The notes under the pieces were generated by a model. The model was not told the DNA's origin. It saw only the letters and a program-made list of their open reading frames with translations, and did not search any database. Position numbers and translations under genes: made by a program. From IMG/VR virus record IMGVR_UViG_2609459800_000001: 64,000 nucleotides of DNA, one strand, 5' to 3'. The first letter of the stretch is position 1; every line of letters starts with the position of its first letter. Of this stretch, positions 40,096 through 50,967 are shown piece by piece. The DNA is from a virus. Its lineage: Duplodnaviria > Heunggongvirae > Uroviricota > Caudoviricetes.

Positions 40096-40330
40096 GGGCT
40101 TCGTTTGGGAAACGTACAATATTGTACGGTTGCGCTATTGCGGTAGGGTGTACTCCAACGCTATACGGTCTTTGGCAGACCTTTAGGGAAATGAGATAAG
40201 CTAAATGCGATAAGAGAAAAGCAATAACTTAAAGGCAATAGCTGATTACGATAAATCAATCAGTTACTTATCAGTATCGATTAAAAAATGCTCCTAACGT
40301 ACAATAATTTCCGTTTCCCAAACCGACCCC
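40096..40330. mobile_element. TIME-like 235-bp non-autonomous Tn3-family element, copy A
   Basis: The 38-bp ends are GGGCTTCGTTTGGGAAACGTACAATATTGTACGGTTGC (outer) and, in inverse orientation, GGGGTCGGTTTGGGAAACGGAAATTATTGTACGTTAGG (inner). There is no coding capacity. Confidence 0.8.
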
Positions 40331-40520
40331 TAATAGCCGGACTACGGACGCGCAATAATTCGCCCCTGACTTTCCAGCAGTTGGTAAGCATGTCCGACGG
40401 TCATGAAGCTCATGCCGCTGCTGGCGACCTGTTCGCGCAGTGACGGCAGACGATCGCCGGGTCGCCAGACGCCAGAGGCGATCTGTTCGCAAAGTTGTTC
40501 AGCCAGACGCTGGTATTTTT
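40331..40520 (-). pseudogene. GntR/MocR-family regulator (YdcR-like), N-terminal wHTH fragment
   Basis: The minus strand reads ...YQRLAEQLCEQIASGVWRPGDRLPSLREQVASSGMSFMTVGHAYQLLESQGRIIARP, then TAG, and is cut by copy A. Confidence 0.65.
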
Positions 40521-40691
40521 TATTCTGGTTTCTCGTCGGTCAATGCAGGTGAGCCTCGCAGTGTATAACAGTGAATAAAATTCACAACGATTTGCAAACT
40601 GTTATGGTTAAATATGTCTGTTCTGTTTCTGCCCCTCATTGCCTCACACGCTTAGAATTGCGCTGAATCAATTTTTAATGCGGAGTCAGGC

Positions 40692-42092
40692 ATGTTTGGT
40701 CTTGATGCGTATCACCTGGCAAGGATCCAGTTCGCCTTTACAGTTTCATTTCACATTATCTTTCCGGCGATCACCATTGGGCTTGCCAGTTATCTGGCGG
40801 TGCTGGAAGGCCTTTGGCTAAAAAGCAAAAATCCGGTCTGGCGCTCGTTGTACCACTTCTGGTCAAAAATATTCGCCGTAAATTTCGGCATGGGCGTGGT
40901 TTCCGGTCTGGTGATGGCCTATCAGTTCGGCACCAACTGGAGCGGTTTTTCGGAATTCGCAGGCAGTATTACCGGGCCGTTGCTTACCTATGAGGTGCTG
41001 ACCGCTTTCTTCCTTGAAGCCGGATTCCTCGGGGTGATGCTGTTTGGCTGGAATAAAGTCGGTCCGGGTTTGCATTTCTTCTCAACCTGCATGGTGGCGC
41101 TTGGCACCCTCATTTCCACCTTCTGGATCCTGGCGTCTAACAGTTGGATGCAAACGCCGCAGGGGTTTGAGATCGTCAACGGCCAGGTTGTGCCCGTGGA
41201 CTGGTTCGCCGTTATCTTCAATCCTTCGTTCCCTTATCGGCTGCTGCATATGTCCGTCGCCGCATTTCTCAGTAGCGCGCTGTTTGTCGGCGCTTCGGCA
41301 GCCTGGCATCTGCTGCGCGGCAACGCAACGCCAGCCATTCGCACGATGTTTTCCATGGCGTTGTGGATGACGCTTATTGTCGCGCCGGTGCAGGCGTTAA
41401 TCGGCGATATGCATGGGCTGAACACCCTGAAACATCAGCCAGCCAAAATCGCCGCGATTGAAGGTCACTGGGAAAACCCGCCGGGTGAGCCCACGCCGCT
41501 GCTGCTGTTTGGCTGGCCGGATATGGAACAGGAACGCACCCGCTATGGACTGGCGATCCCGGCGCTGGGAAGCCTGATCCTGACGCACAGTCTGGATAAA
41601 CAGGTTCCGGCGCTAAAAGAATTCGCCAAAGAGGATCGCCCTCACTCGACGATCGTGTTCTGGTCGTTTCGCATCATGGCCGGCCTGGGCATGTTAATGA
41701 TCCTGCTAGGGCTCTGTGCGCTCTGGCTGCGCTACAGGCAGCGCCTCTACACCTCGCGCCCGTTCCTGCGCTTTGCGCTATGGATGGGACCCTCGGGGCT
41801 CATCGCCATTCTCGCGGGCTGGGTGACCACTGAGGTCGGACGCCAGCCGTGGGTGGTGTACGGTTTACAGCGTACTGCCGACGCGGTGTCGGCCCACGGC
41901 GATTTACATATGAGCATTTCGTTGCTCGCTTTCTTTGTTGTCTACAGCTCAGTCTTTGGCGTCGGCTACAGCTATATGATTCGCCTGATCCGCAAAGGCC
42001 CGCTGGAAGATGATTCCGCGCCGCCGCCGGGCACACCCGCCAGGCCGCTTTCCGCCGCCGTCCTCGATTCTCAACATAAGGCACATCGCTAA
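40692..42092 (+). CDS. cydA: Cytochrome bd-type ubiquinol oxidase subunit I (short-Q-loop, CioA-like)
   Basis: 466 aa. ...ARIQFAFTVSFHIIFPAITIGLA...GWVTTEVGRQPWVVYG... are hallmark CydA motifs. It is shorter than E. coli CydA/AppC. Confidence 0.9.
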   Translation: MFGLDAYHLARIQFAFTVSFHIIFPAITIGLASYLAVLEGLWLKSKNPVWRSLYHFWSKIFAVNFGMGVVSGLVMAYQFGTNWSGFSEFAGSITGPLLTYEVLTAFFLEAGFLGVMLFGWNKVGPGLHFFSTCMVALGTLISTFWILASNSWMQTPQGFEIVNGQVVPVDWFAVIFNPSFPYRLLHMSVAAFLSSALFVGASAAWHLLRGNATPAIRTMFSMALWMTLIVAPVQALIGDMHGLNTLKHQPAKIAAIEGHWENPPGEPTPLLLFGWPDMEQERTRYGLAIPALGSLILTHSLDKQVPALKEFAKEDRPHSTIVFWSFRIMAGLGMLMILLGLCALWLRYRQRLYTSRPFLRFALWMGPSGLIAILAGWVTTEVGRQPWVVYGLQRTADAVSAHGDLHMSISLLAFFVVYSSVFGVGYSYMIRLIRKGPLEDDSAPPPGTPARPLSAAVLDSQHKAHR

Positions 42093-43102
42093 TGGGTATT
42101 GATTTATCGGTTATCTGGTTTGTGATCATCGTTTTCGCCACGCTAATGTATATCGTGATGGATGGATTCGATTTGGGTATTGGCATTCTGTTTCCTGTCA
42201 CACGAAACGCAGAGGATCGTGATGTGATGGTCAATAGCGTCGCGCCGGTGTGGGACGGTAATGAAACCTGGCTGGTGCTGGGCGGCGCGGGGCTGTTTGG
42301 GGCTTTCCCGATGGCCTATGCGGTTATTATCGATGCGCTGACCATTCCGTTGACGCTGATGCTGATCGGACTGATTTTTCGCGGCGTGGCCTTCGAGTTT
42401 CGCTTCAAGGCCACGCCAGCCCACCGCCCATTTTGGGACCATGCTTTTCTCGGCGGGTCGATTCTGGCTACCTTCGCCCAAGGGATCGTGGTTGGCGCAG
42501 TGATCAACGGTTTCCCGGTGACCGGTCGCAGCTACAGCGGCGGGCCGTTCGACTGGTTAACCCCCTTCACTCTGTTCTGTGGCGTCGGACTGGTCGTTGC
42601 CTATGCGCTCTTAGGCGCAACCTGGCTGGTGATGAAAAGCGAAAATCCGCTTCAGGATAAAATGCGCAGCGTCGCGAAAAAACTGCTGCTGGCCCTGCTG
42701 TTGTCAATTGCGATAATCAGCCTCTGGACACCGTTAGCGCATCCGGCGATCGCCGACCGTTGGTTTACGCTTCCCAACCTGGGCTATCTGCTGCCGGTTC
42801 CGGTGCTGGTGATCGCGTTCAGCGTCTGGTTATGGCGCACACTGGGTCGTCCGGAAAACCACACGTTTCCGTTTGTGCTGACGCTCGGGCTAATCTTCCT
42901 TGGTTTCAGCGGCCTGGGCATCAGTATCTGGCCGCACATTATTCCGCCTTCGGTTACCCTCTGGCAGGCAGCCGCCCCCGCCCAGAGTCAGGGGTTTATG
43001 CTGGTCGGTGCGCTGCTCATCATTCCGGTGATTTTGGTGTACACCTTCTGGAGTTACTATGTGTTTCGCGGCAAAGTGCAACATGGCGAGGGGTATCACT
43101 GA
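42092..43102 (+). CDS. cydB: Cytochrome bd-type ubiquinol oxidase subunit II (CioB-like)
   Basis: 336 aa with a TAATG overlap with subunit I. It has the MDGFDLGIGIL...WDGNETWLV motif. Confidence 0.9.
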   Translation: MGIDLSVIWFVIIVFATLMYIVMDGFDLGIGILFPVTRNAEDRDVMVNSVAPVWDGNETWLVLGGAGLFGAFPMAYAVIIDALTIPLTLMLIGLIFRGVAFEFRFKATPAHRPFWDHAFLGGSILATFAQGIVVGAVINGFPVTGRSYSGGPFDWLTPFTLFCGVGLVVAYALLGATWLVMKSENPLQDKMRSVAKKLLLALLLSIAIISLWTPLAHPAIADRWFTLPNLGYLLPVPVLVIAFSVWLWRTLGRPENHTFPFVLTLGLIFLGFSGLGISIWPHIIPPSVTLWQAAAPAQSQGFMLVGALLIIPVILVYTFWSYYVFRGKVQHGEGYH

Positions 43103-43230
43103 TGCAACATTCTCTCTGGAAACGCCTGATGTGGCTGGTCATCCTTTGGGGCGGCAGCGTGTTGGCGCTGGCGGCGGTGGGCATGTTTTTTCGCCTGCTC
43201 ATGACTGCGGCGGGGTTTAAAGCGCATTAA
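43102..43230 (+). CDS. Small membrane protein (DUF2474-like) downstream of cydB
   Basis: MQHSLWKRLMWLVILWGGSVLALAAVGMFFRLLMTAAGFKAH (42 aa). The ATG overlaps the cydB stop. It corresponds to the last 42 codons of track ORF 42760..43230. Confidence 0.55.
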   Translation: MQHSLWKRLMWLVILWGGSVLALAAVGMFFRLLMTAAGFKAH

Positions 43231-43334
43231 GCGGACACCTCGCCGGATGTCGGCTTTGGGCCAGGCGTTAACCGGCGGAAATAAATACCAACACAAAGGC
43301 CCGGTAAACGCCACCGGGCTGATGTCGCAAAGGA

Positions 43335-43748
43335 TTAAGGTTTACGCTTCGGCAGCGTTTTCATCAGATCTTCCGGACTGACGGAACCCACCACGCTGCC
43401 CGGCAGCGGCATTTTAAGAATGTGATCTTCAATCTTGCCGATAACGTGCATTTCACACGGGCGACAGCCAAATTTCAGCGTCAGCACCTCATCACCGTTG
43501 ACCAGTTGCATTGGCGTCGCTTTCCAGCTTTTGATGTTACCTTTCGCCTGTTTCGGGCAAAGATTAAAGGCAAAACGCAGGCAATGCTTGGTGATCATCA
43601 CAGGCACATCGCCCTTTTCTTGATGCGCTTCATACGCCGCGTCGATCAACTGTACGCCATAACAATGGTAGAACTCACGCGCCTTCTGGTTATAGACGTT
43701 TGCCAGAAAACTCAGATGCGTCTGCGGGTAGACCGGCGCGGGATCGGA
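43335..43748 (-). pseudogene. U32-family peptidase (YdcP-like), C-terminal fragment
   Basis: The minus strand reads ...LSFLANVYNQKAREFYHCYGVQLIDAAYEAHQEKGDVPVMITKHCLR...KRKP. The 5' part is cut off by copy B. Confidence 0.6.
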
Positions 43749-43983
43749 GGGGTCGGTTTGGGAAACGGAAATTATTGTACGTTAGGAGCATTTTTTAATC
43801 GATACTGATAAGTAACTGATTGATTTATCGTAATCAGCTATTGCCTTTAAGTTATTGCTTTTCTCTTATCGCATTTAGCTTATCTCATTTCCCTAAAGGT
43901 CTGCCAAAGACCGTATAGCGTTGGAGTACACCCTACCGCAATAGCGCAACCGTACAATATTGTACGTTTCCCAAACGCAGCCC
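43749..43983. mobile_element. TIME-like 235-bp element, copy B (inverted relative to copy A)
   Basis: By eye, its reverse complement is identical to copy A except for one base (6th position, G vs T). Confidence 0.8.
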
Positions 43984-44991
43984 AGGTACGCGTTTTTAAT
44001 TGCCATATCCCGCGCCGATTGCGCCACCGCGCTGGTGGGCAGATAGGCCAGTTGTGACGCTTCGCGACCATTTTTATAGCTATTGCGGTAGTTGTGACCT
44101 TCGTCGGCGATCACACTATCGAAGCCCATATCCTCAAAGTACGGATACTTCTCTGCTTTTTCGGTGCCGGTATCTGAATACTCCGACAATACCCGGCGAC
44201 GCGCGGCCTCTTTGCGGTGGGAGTCGGAGTCCATTGCGCTGGCTACGCGCCCGGCAGCAACGAAGTCATAAAGCATATCCTGTGCATGCTCATCTACGGT
44301 GTCATCACGTAGCGGAATGCGGGCGTATTGTTCTTTGGTAAACACGACTGCACGGTAATTTGAGTGCGGGATTGCATTCATACGTGCCGTGATAGTGGCT
44401 TCATCTGCCAGTTTAAGGGCATCGCGCATAACTGGAGTGCCATCAGTACCAAGAACAGGTTTACCGTTCTCATCGAGCACCGGCACCTGGCGAATCTGAT
44501 CGCCATCCATCAGCACATCAAGACCGACAAACAGGTAGTTACTGAATGCCTCTTCACTCAGGAACTCTTTTGCTTCGTAATACCAGTTTTCCAGCACTGA
44601 TTTATATTGTCTCATTAAAAACGCCGGTGCCCGCCGATGGTTCCAGAGTGTTACCTACGTCCGCGCCATAGAGGTTCATGATCTCCCAGACGCCTTCAGC
44701 GATAGGCTTTGGTGTGTAATATTCGGAGACGGACCCGCCAATGCCGCCTTCGCCGGTGTACCCAGCCAGGATCTGGCGCTGTTCATCTGTCAGTGTCGCG
44801 CCATCCACCAGCGAATTAAGCAAATCTATCGCCTTCTGATTCGCCTCCCGGCGCAGCCGGTCATAGCTTTTGCCTTCCACCTTTTCCACGCCGTATCTAA
44901 TCGGCGCTCGATGAGATGTTATTGCCCTAATGTATTTCAATATTTCGCTGACACTTGAACAGCGAAACACCCCCATAGATAGCTTGTTCAT
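43984..44991 (-). pseudogene. darB: darB, 5' portion (methyltransferase and start of helicase region), frameshifted
   Basis: 44602..44991 ends with the SAM-MTase motif I LEPSAGTGVF. 43893..44615 carries the helicase motif DEGHNYRN. The two frames overlap by 14 nt, and the reading frame runs into copy B. Confidence 0.7.
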
Positions 44992-45001
44992 TGGTAATCC
45001 T

Positions 45002-45023
45002 TAACAAGTGATTAGTGTTAAAT
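45002..45023 (+). promoter_or_regulatory. Candidate late promoter of prt-pro (AACAAGTGATT-N5-TAAATT)
   Basis: Shared late-motif architecture, about 45 nt upstream of the prt start. Confidence 0.55.
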
Positions 45024-45053
45024 TCCGTTCAAACACGATGCGAATTATTCTAA

Positions 45054-47787
<2,734 letters not shown>

Positions 47788-47798
47788 CCACGAAAAAT

Positions 47799-47820
47799 AA
47801 CCCCGGCGGATGCCGGGGTT
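47799..47820. terminator. Bidirectional terminator
   Basis: AACCCCGGC-ggat-GCCGGGGTT lies between the convergent pro and lyz-side genes. Confidence 0.8.
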
Positions 47821-47831
47821 CTCGTTAACTA

Positions 47832-48086
47832 TTATCGCCTTCGCCTGCGTGCCATATATTTGCGCACCGCGCGGCGTGGACAATCTGAAGCGGTTTCTTT
47901 CTGCTGCATCAATCTTGCAGCCATGCTCAAAAATGTCAGGCACAGCCGAAGCCCGGCATACAATAGCGGTTCCAGTGGCCACGTCTCATTGAGCACATAT
48001 ACCGCCATGAAAATCGAGTCGAAAACTATCGCCGCCAGCGATAACTTCATTGTCGAAAGTCGGCGGAGCTGCCGGAGTTTATTCAT
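47832..48086 (-). CDS. Small membrane protein downstream of lyz
   Basis: 84 aa with two hydrophobic segments and a basic tail (RRRRR). Its start overlaps the lyz stop. Confidence 0.5.
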   Translation of the reverse strand: MNKLRQLRRLSTMKLSLAAIVFDSIFMAVYVLNETWPLEPLLYAGLRLCLTFLSMAARLMQQKETASDCPRRAVRKYMARRRRR

Positions 48087-48636
48087 TGACCAGTCCCGTC
48101 AGGCAAAGCTGGCGTTCTTTTTCACGGCGAATCTTTAAACCTCGCAGGGGCACGCCGTTACTGTTCACGAAATCAGGGAGATGGTTACACATATTCACCC
48201 ATTCCCCTTTCTGCGCCCACTTGTGGATGGACGTTTCTACTCGCATGCCTCGCGCTTTGCTGTAGTAGGTCCGTAAGCTATTACATCCCATATTGAATGC
48301 CGCGCTTGTCATTGCACTGAAGGCATTATCGGGCATGTCTTTGCCCCGGAAGTGCTGATTAATACAGCGTTCAGCGATCAGGATATTCTTTTCCCAATCA
48401 GCGGCGATTTGCTGGTCGGTTTTTCGCACACCCGGCGTTACCCCGTGTGTATTACCGATCCCGTCAGTCCATACCCCCGCCGGGCACATGTATGGATCAC
48501 GTCGGCAACCTTCAGCGTTACCAATCAGCTCAAGCCCTGCCTGGTTGGTTCGCACATTGCCATTACCCATCACGATGGTAATCATCACCGCGATAGCGCA
48601 AATTGCACCGCCTCCTGCGGCTGTTTTTCCCTTCAT
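48079..48636 (-). CDS. lyz: SAR endolysin (T4-lysozyme family)
   Basis: 185 aa from MKGKTAAGGGAICAIAVMITIVMG (signal-arrest-release segment), then ...ELIGNAEGCRRDPY...DGIGNTHG. This matches P1 Lyz. Confidence 0.9.
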   Translation of the reverse strand: MKGKTAAGGGAICAIAVMITIVMGNGNVRTNQAGLELIGNAEGCRRDPYMCPAGVWTDGIGNTHGVTPGVRKTDQQIAADWEKNILIAERCINQHFRGKDMPDNAFSAMTSAAFNMGCNSLRTYYSKARGMRVETSIHKWAQKGEWVNMCNHLPDFVNSNGVPLRGLKIRREKERQLCLTGLVNE

Positions 48637-48723
48637 AAAGACCTCATAAGCGAATTTTTTACGCTCCAGGACAAACACTCATTCACAGCCAATACCGACT
48701 GACTCGATCCCTTTAGAAGGCAC

Positions 48724-48745
48724 AGGATAATGCAAATCACTTGTT
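48724..48745 (-). promoter_or_regulatory. Candidate late promoter of lyz (AACAAGTGATT-N5-TATCCT on the minus strand)
   Basis: Shared late-motif architecture, about 90 nt upstream of lyz. Confidence 0.55.
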
Positions 48746-48769
48746 AGCTACGTTTCAAAGATATACATT

Positions 48770-48786
48770 ATTGCTCTAATTAATTT
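48770..48786 (+). promoter_or_regulatory. C1 operator upstream of ssb
   Basis: ATTGCTCTAATTAATTT is near-consensus. Confidence 0.85.
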
Positions 48787-48805
48787 ATTTTATTAGGTAA
48801 GATAA

Positions 48806-49294
48806 GTGGCACAACGCGGTGTAAACAAAGTCATCCTGATTGGTACCCTGGGGCAAGACCCGGAGATCAGGTATATACCAAATGGCGGCGCGGTCGGAAG
48901 ACTCAGCATCGCAACGAATGAATCATGGCGCGACAAGCAAACGGGCCAACAGAAAGAGCAAACAGAATGGCATAAAGTCGTTTTGTTCGGAAAACTTGCT
49001 GAAATTGCGAGTGAGTATTTACGAAAAGGTTCTCAGGTCTACATCGAAGGGAAACTTAAAACCCGTAAGTGGACAGATGACGCCGGTGTAGAACGTTACA
49101 CGACGGAAATTATCGTCAGCCAGGGCGGCACCATGCAAATGATCGGCGCTCGCCGTGACGATTCACAGTCCTCAAATGGCTGGGGGCAATCAAACCAACC
49201 TCAAAACCACCAGCAATACAGTGGTGGCGGTAAACCTCAGAGCAACGCCAATAACGAACCTCCAATGGACTTTGACGACGATATTCCGTTTTGA
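48806..49294 (+). CDS. ssb: Single-stranded DNA-binding protein
   Basis: 162 aa. [17 protein letters not shown]...[12 protein letters not shown]... OB fold and the acidic tail DFDDDIPF. Confidence 0.95.
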   Translation: MAQRGVNKVILIGTLGQDPEIRYIPNGGAVGRLSIATNESWRDKQTGQQKEQTEWHKVVLFGKLAEIASEYLRKGSQVYIEGKLKTRKWTDDAGVERYTTEIIVSQGGTMQMIGARRDDSQSSNGWGQSNQPQNHQQYSGGGKPQSNANNEPPMDFDDDIPF

Positions 49295-49491
49295 ATGTGT
49301 AAAAAACGACTGAAAGAAAAGCGGTGGTCCAGACGCCGACAAAAGCACGAACTCGCAAACAAACGCCAAAGTTGGCAATGGCACGCGCTTTTCACGAAAA
49401 GAACACCCCGAGATATTGCTTTCGCTGGTGGGAAAACATTCCTGACCCACCTGAAGGCGCAATACATCAGGTTTTAAGCAGAGGAAAGACT

Positions 49492-50169
49492 ATGAATAAC
49501 ATGACAACGAAAGAGCTTTTGACGGCACTTCCAAAATACAAAAGCCATAAAACAGTTCGCGCCTCAAAAATCAAAGATATCGAAATTATCGCCCTAATGG
49601 ATGTGGTCCTTTTTTGCAACATCGAAGTCGTTGAGCCAGAAGGGGTAAAAGTCCATGTTGATAAAATGTTTTTGCAAAAACACCGACCAGAAATTGGCGG
49701 ATATCTGGTCGCTTATGAGGACGGATCTCTGTCCTATTCACCAGAAAAAACATTTGAAGAAGGCTTTAGTCGGACTAACGACTTCTTCGAAAATGGGGTA
49801 TCGCTCAGTATTGAAGGTCACAATGGGGTGACATTCATTACAGCCAGGGACGTAACTATTGCTGCCAGTGGCATCATTACCACACAAGAAGAAATCGACC
49901 TTGAAGCAGCCGACTTTTCTGACGCGCTGATGTGGCTGAAGGATGGCAAGAAAGTTGCTCGACGCGGGTGGAACGGCGAAAACCAATTCTGCTGGCTGGT
50001 TCCTGAAGGACAGTACCCGGCACGAATGGAAGCCATTAAGGGATATTTCCCCGGCGACCTCGTTCCGTATGGTGCTTATTTCGCCTTAAAAAATGCACAA
50101 GGTGTAGTTGTTCCGTGGGTGCCTTCTGTATGCGACTTACTGGCATGTGACTGGTTTGTAGTGGAGTGA
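49492..50169 (+). CDS. Two-domain protein with a C-terminal DUF2829 (Tad2-like) domain
   Basis: 225 aa from ATG 49492 (RBS AGAGGAAAG). The C-terminal ~85 aa FSDALMWLKDGKKVARRGWNGENQF...VVPWVPSVCDLLACDWFVV fit the DUF2829 pattern. Confidence 0.65.
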   Translation: MNNMTTKELLTALPKYKSHKTVRASKIKDIEIIALMDVVLFCNIEVVEPEGVKVHVDKMFLQKHRPEIGGYLVAYEDGSLSYSPEKTFEEGFSRTNDFFENGVSLSIEGHNGVTFITARDVTIAASGIITTQEEIDLEAADFSDALMWLKDGKKVARRGWNGENQFCWLVPEGQYPARMEAIKGYFPGDLVPYGAYFALKNAQGVVVPWVPSVCDLLACDWFVVE

Positions 50170-50175
50170 TTTAAC

Positions 50176-50964
50176 GTGGAAAATACTAAAGCAATTCAAT
50201 ACCGCCTGCGTAATGGCCAGAGTGTCGAAGTGACCATCAATAATGATGGTGTACCTGGCGAAAAGGTTTCTATCTCTGATCTGGCTATCGAAAAAACCAT
50301 CATGTGCCACCTTGGCTTTACTGAAGAAGTGAGCAAAAAGCATGGTGTAGCTATCTGGCGCACAATGGATACTGGCATGCGCAGATTCATTACTGCTCGT
50401 ACCCCTGGTATGACCATGATGGACCTCATGCAGATTGCGCCGCTGTTTGAGTGTGAACCTTTGGATGTATTCAGCAATCCAGCCATCTGCCAGCAGTTAT
50501 ATGGTGAGATGAAACTCGCGGTTACCCCCATTGTGCTGCATGAAGGATCGCTTGCTGGCGTATGGAAAGTAGAGCGAATTTCAAGCTACATGCCTTTCCA
50601 CATCCATGTCAACGGCGTAATCACAGGTGAAAATCAACCTGTTTCAGTTACAAAGTCAGACCTCAAGCGCGCAATTCTTGAAGCAAGTTGTCGAGTTATC
50701 GGCCTGGGCAAACAGTCTTATGTTTCCTTCCCGGCTGGCCCTGAAGGCCCGGCAGAAATTCTGATTATGGATGCCGATCTGCTCTGGCAAATACAGTTTC
50801 TGATTGGCAAAAGCATCATCCGCGCTGAAGAACTCGATCAGTACATTACCTGCACGATGACGGATGAAGTCAAAAGTGTGGCTATAGCCAATGCCCGGAA
50901 CCTATGTCGTGCTGCATTAACAGAACTGCAAGAAAACACCACGGAAGAAGTGGAAAGCGATTAA
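50176..50964 (+). CDS. Hypothetical protein
   Basis: 262-aa ORF with a GTG start, 6 nt after the preceding stop. No motif recognised. Confidence 0.55.
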   Translation: MENTKAIQYRLRNGQSVEVTINNDGVPGEKVSISDLAIEKTIMCHLGFTEEVSKKHGVAIWRTMDTGMRRFITARTPGMTMMDLMQIAPLFECEPLDVFSNPAICQQLYGEMKLAVTPIVLHEGSLAGVWKVERISSYMPFHIHVNGVITGENQPVSVTKSDLKRAILEASCRVIGLGKQSYVSFPAGPEGPAEILIMDADLLWQIQFLIGKSIIRAEELDQYITCTMTDEVKSVAIANARNLCRAALTELQENTTEEVESD

Positions 50965-50967
50965 AAA

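Larger units (their letters stand above)
40096..43983. mobile_element. Composite element: two inverted TIME-like units flanking a chromosomal cytochrome bd locus
   Basis: See the component features. The total is 3,888 bp. The outer 5-bp flanks ATCCT / AGGTA are not a direct repeat. Confidence 0.8.

Noticed and set aside
39984-40199. Track ORF (71 aa) and its twin at 43880..44071 sharing ...FGKRTILYGCAIAVGCTPTLYGLWQTFREMR, which looked like a duplicated small gene.
   Set aside because: Both lie entirely across the 235-bp miniature elements and their IRs and start in flanking DNA. They are reading-frame artefacts of the repeat, with no RBS.
42760-43230. 156-aa ORF overlapping cydB in another frame.
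   Set aside because: It is a typical alternative-frame ORF in GC-rich coding DNA. Only its last 42 codons (43102..43230, a DUF2474-like peptide starting at the cydB stop) are plausible.
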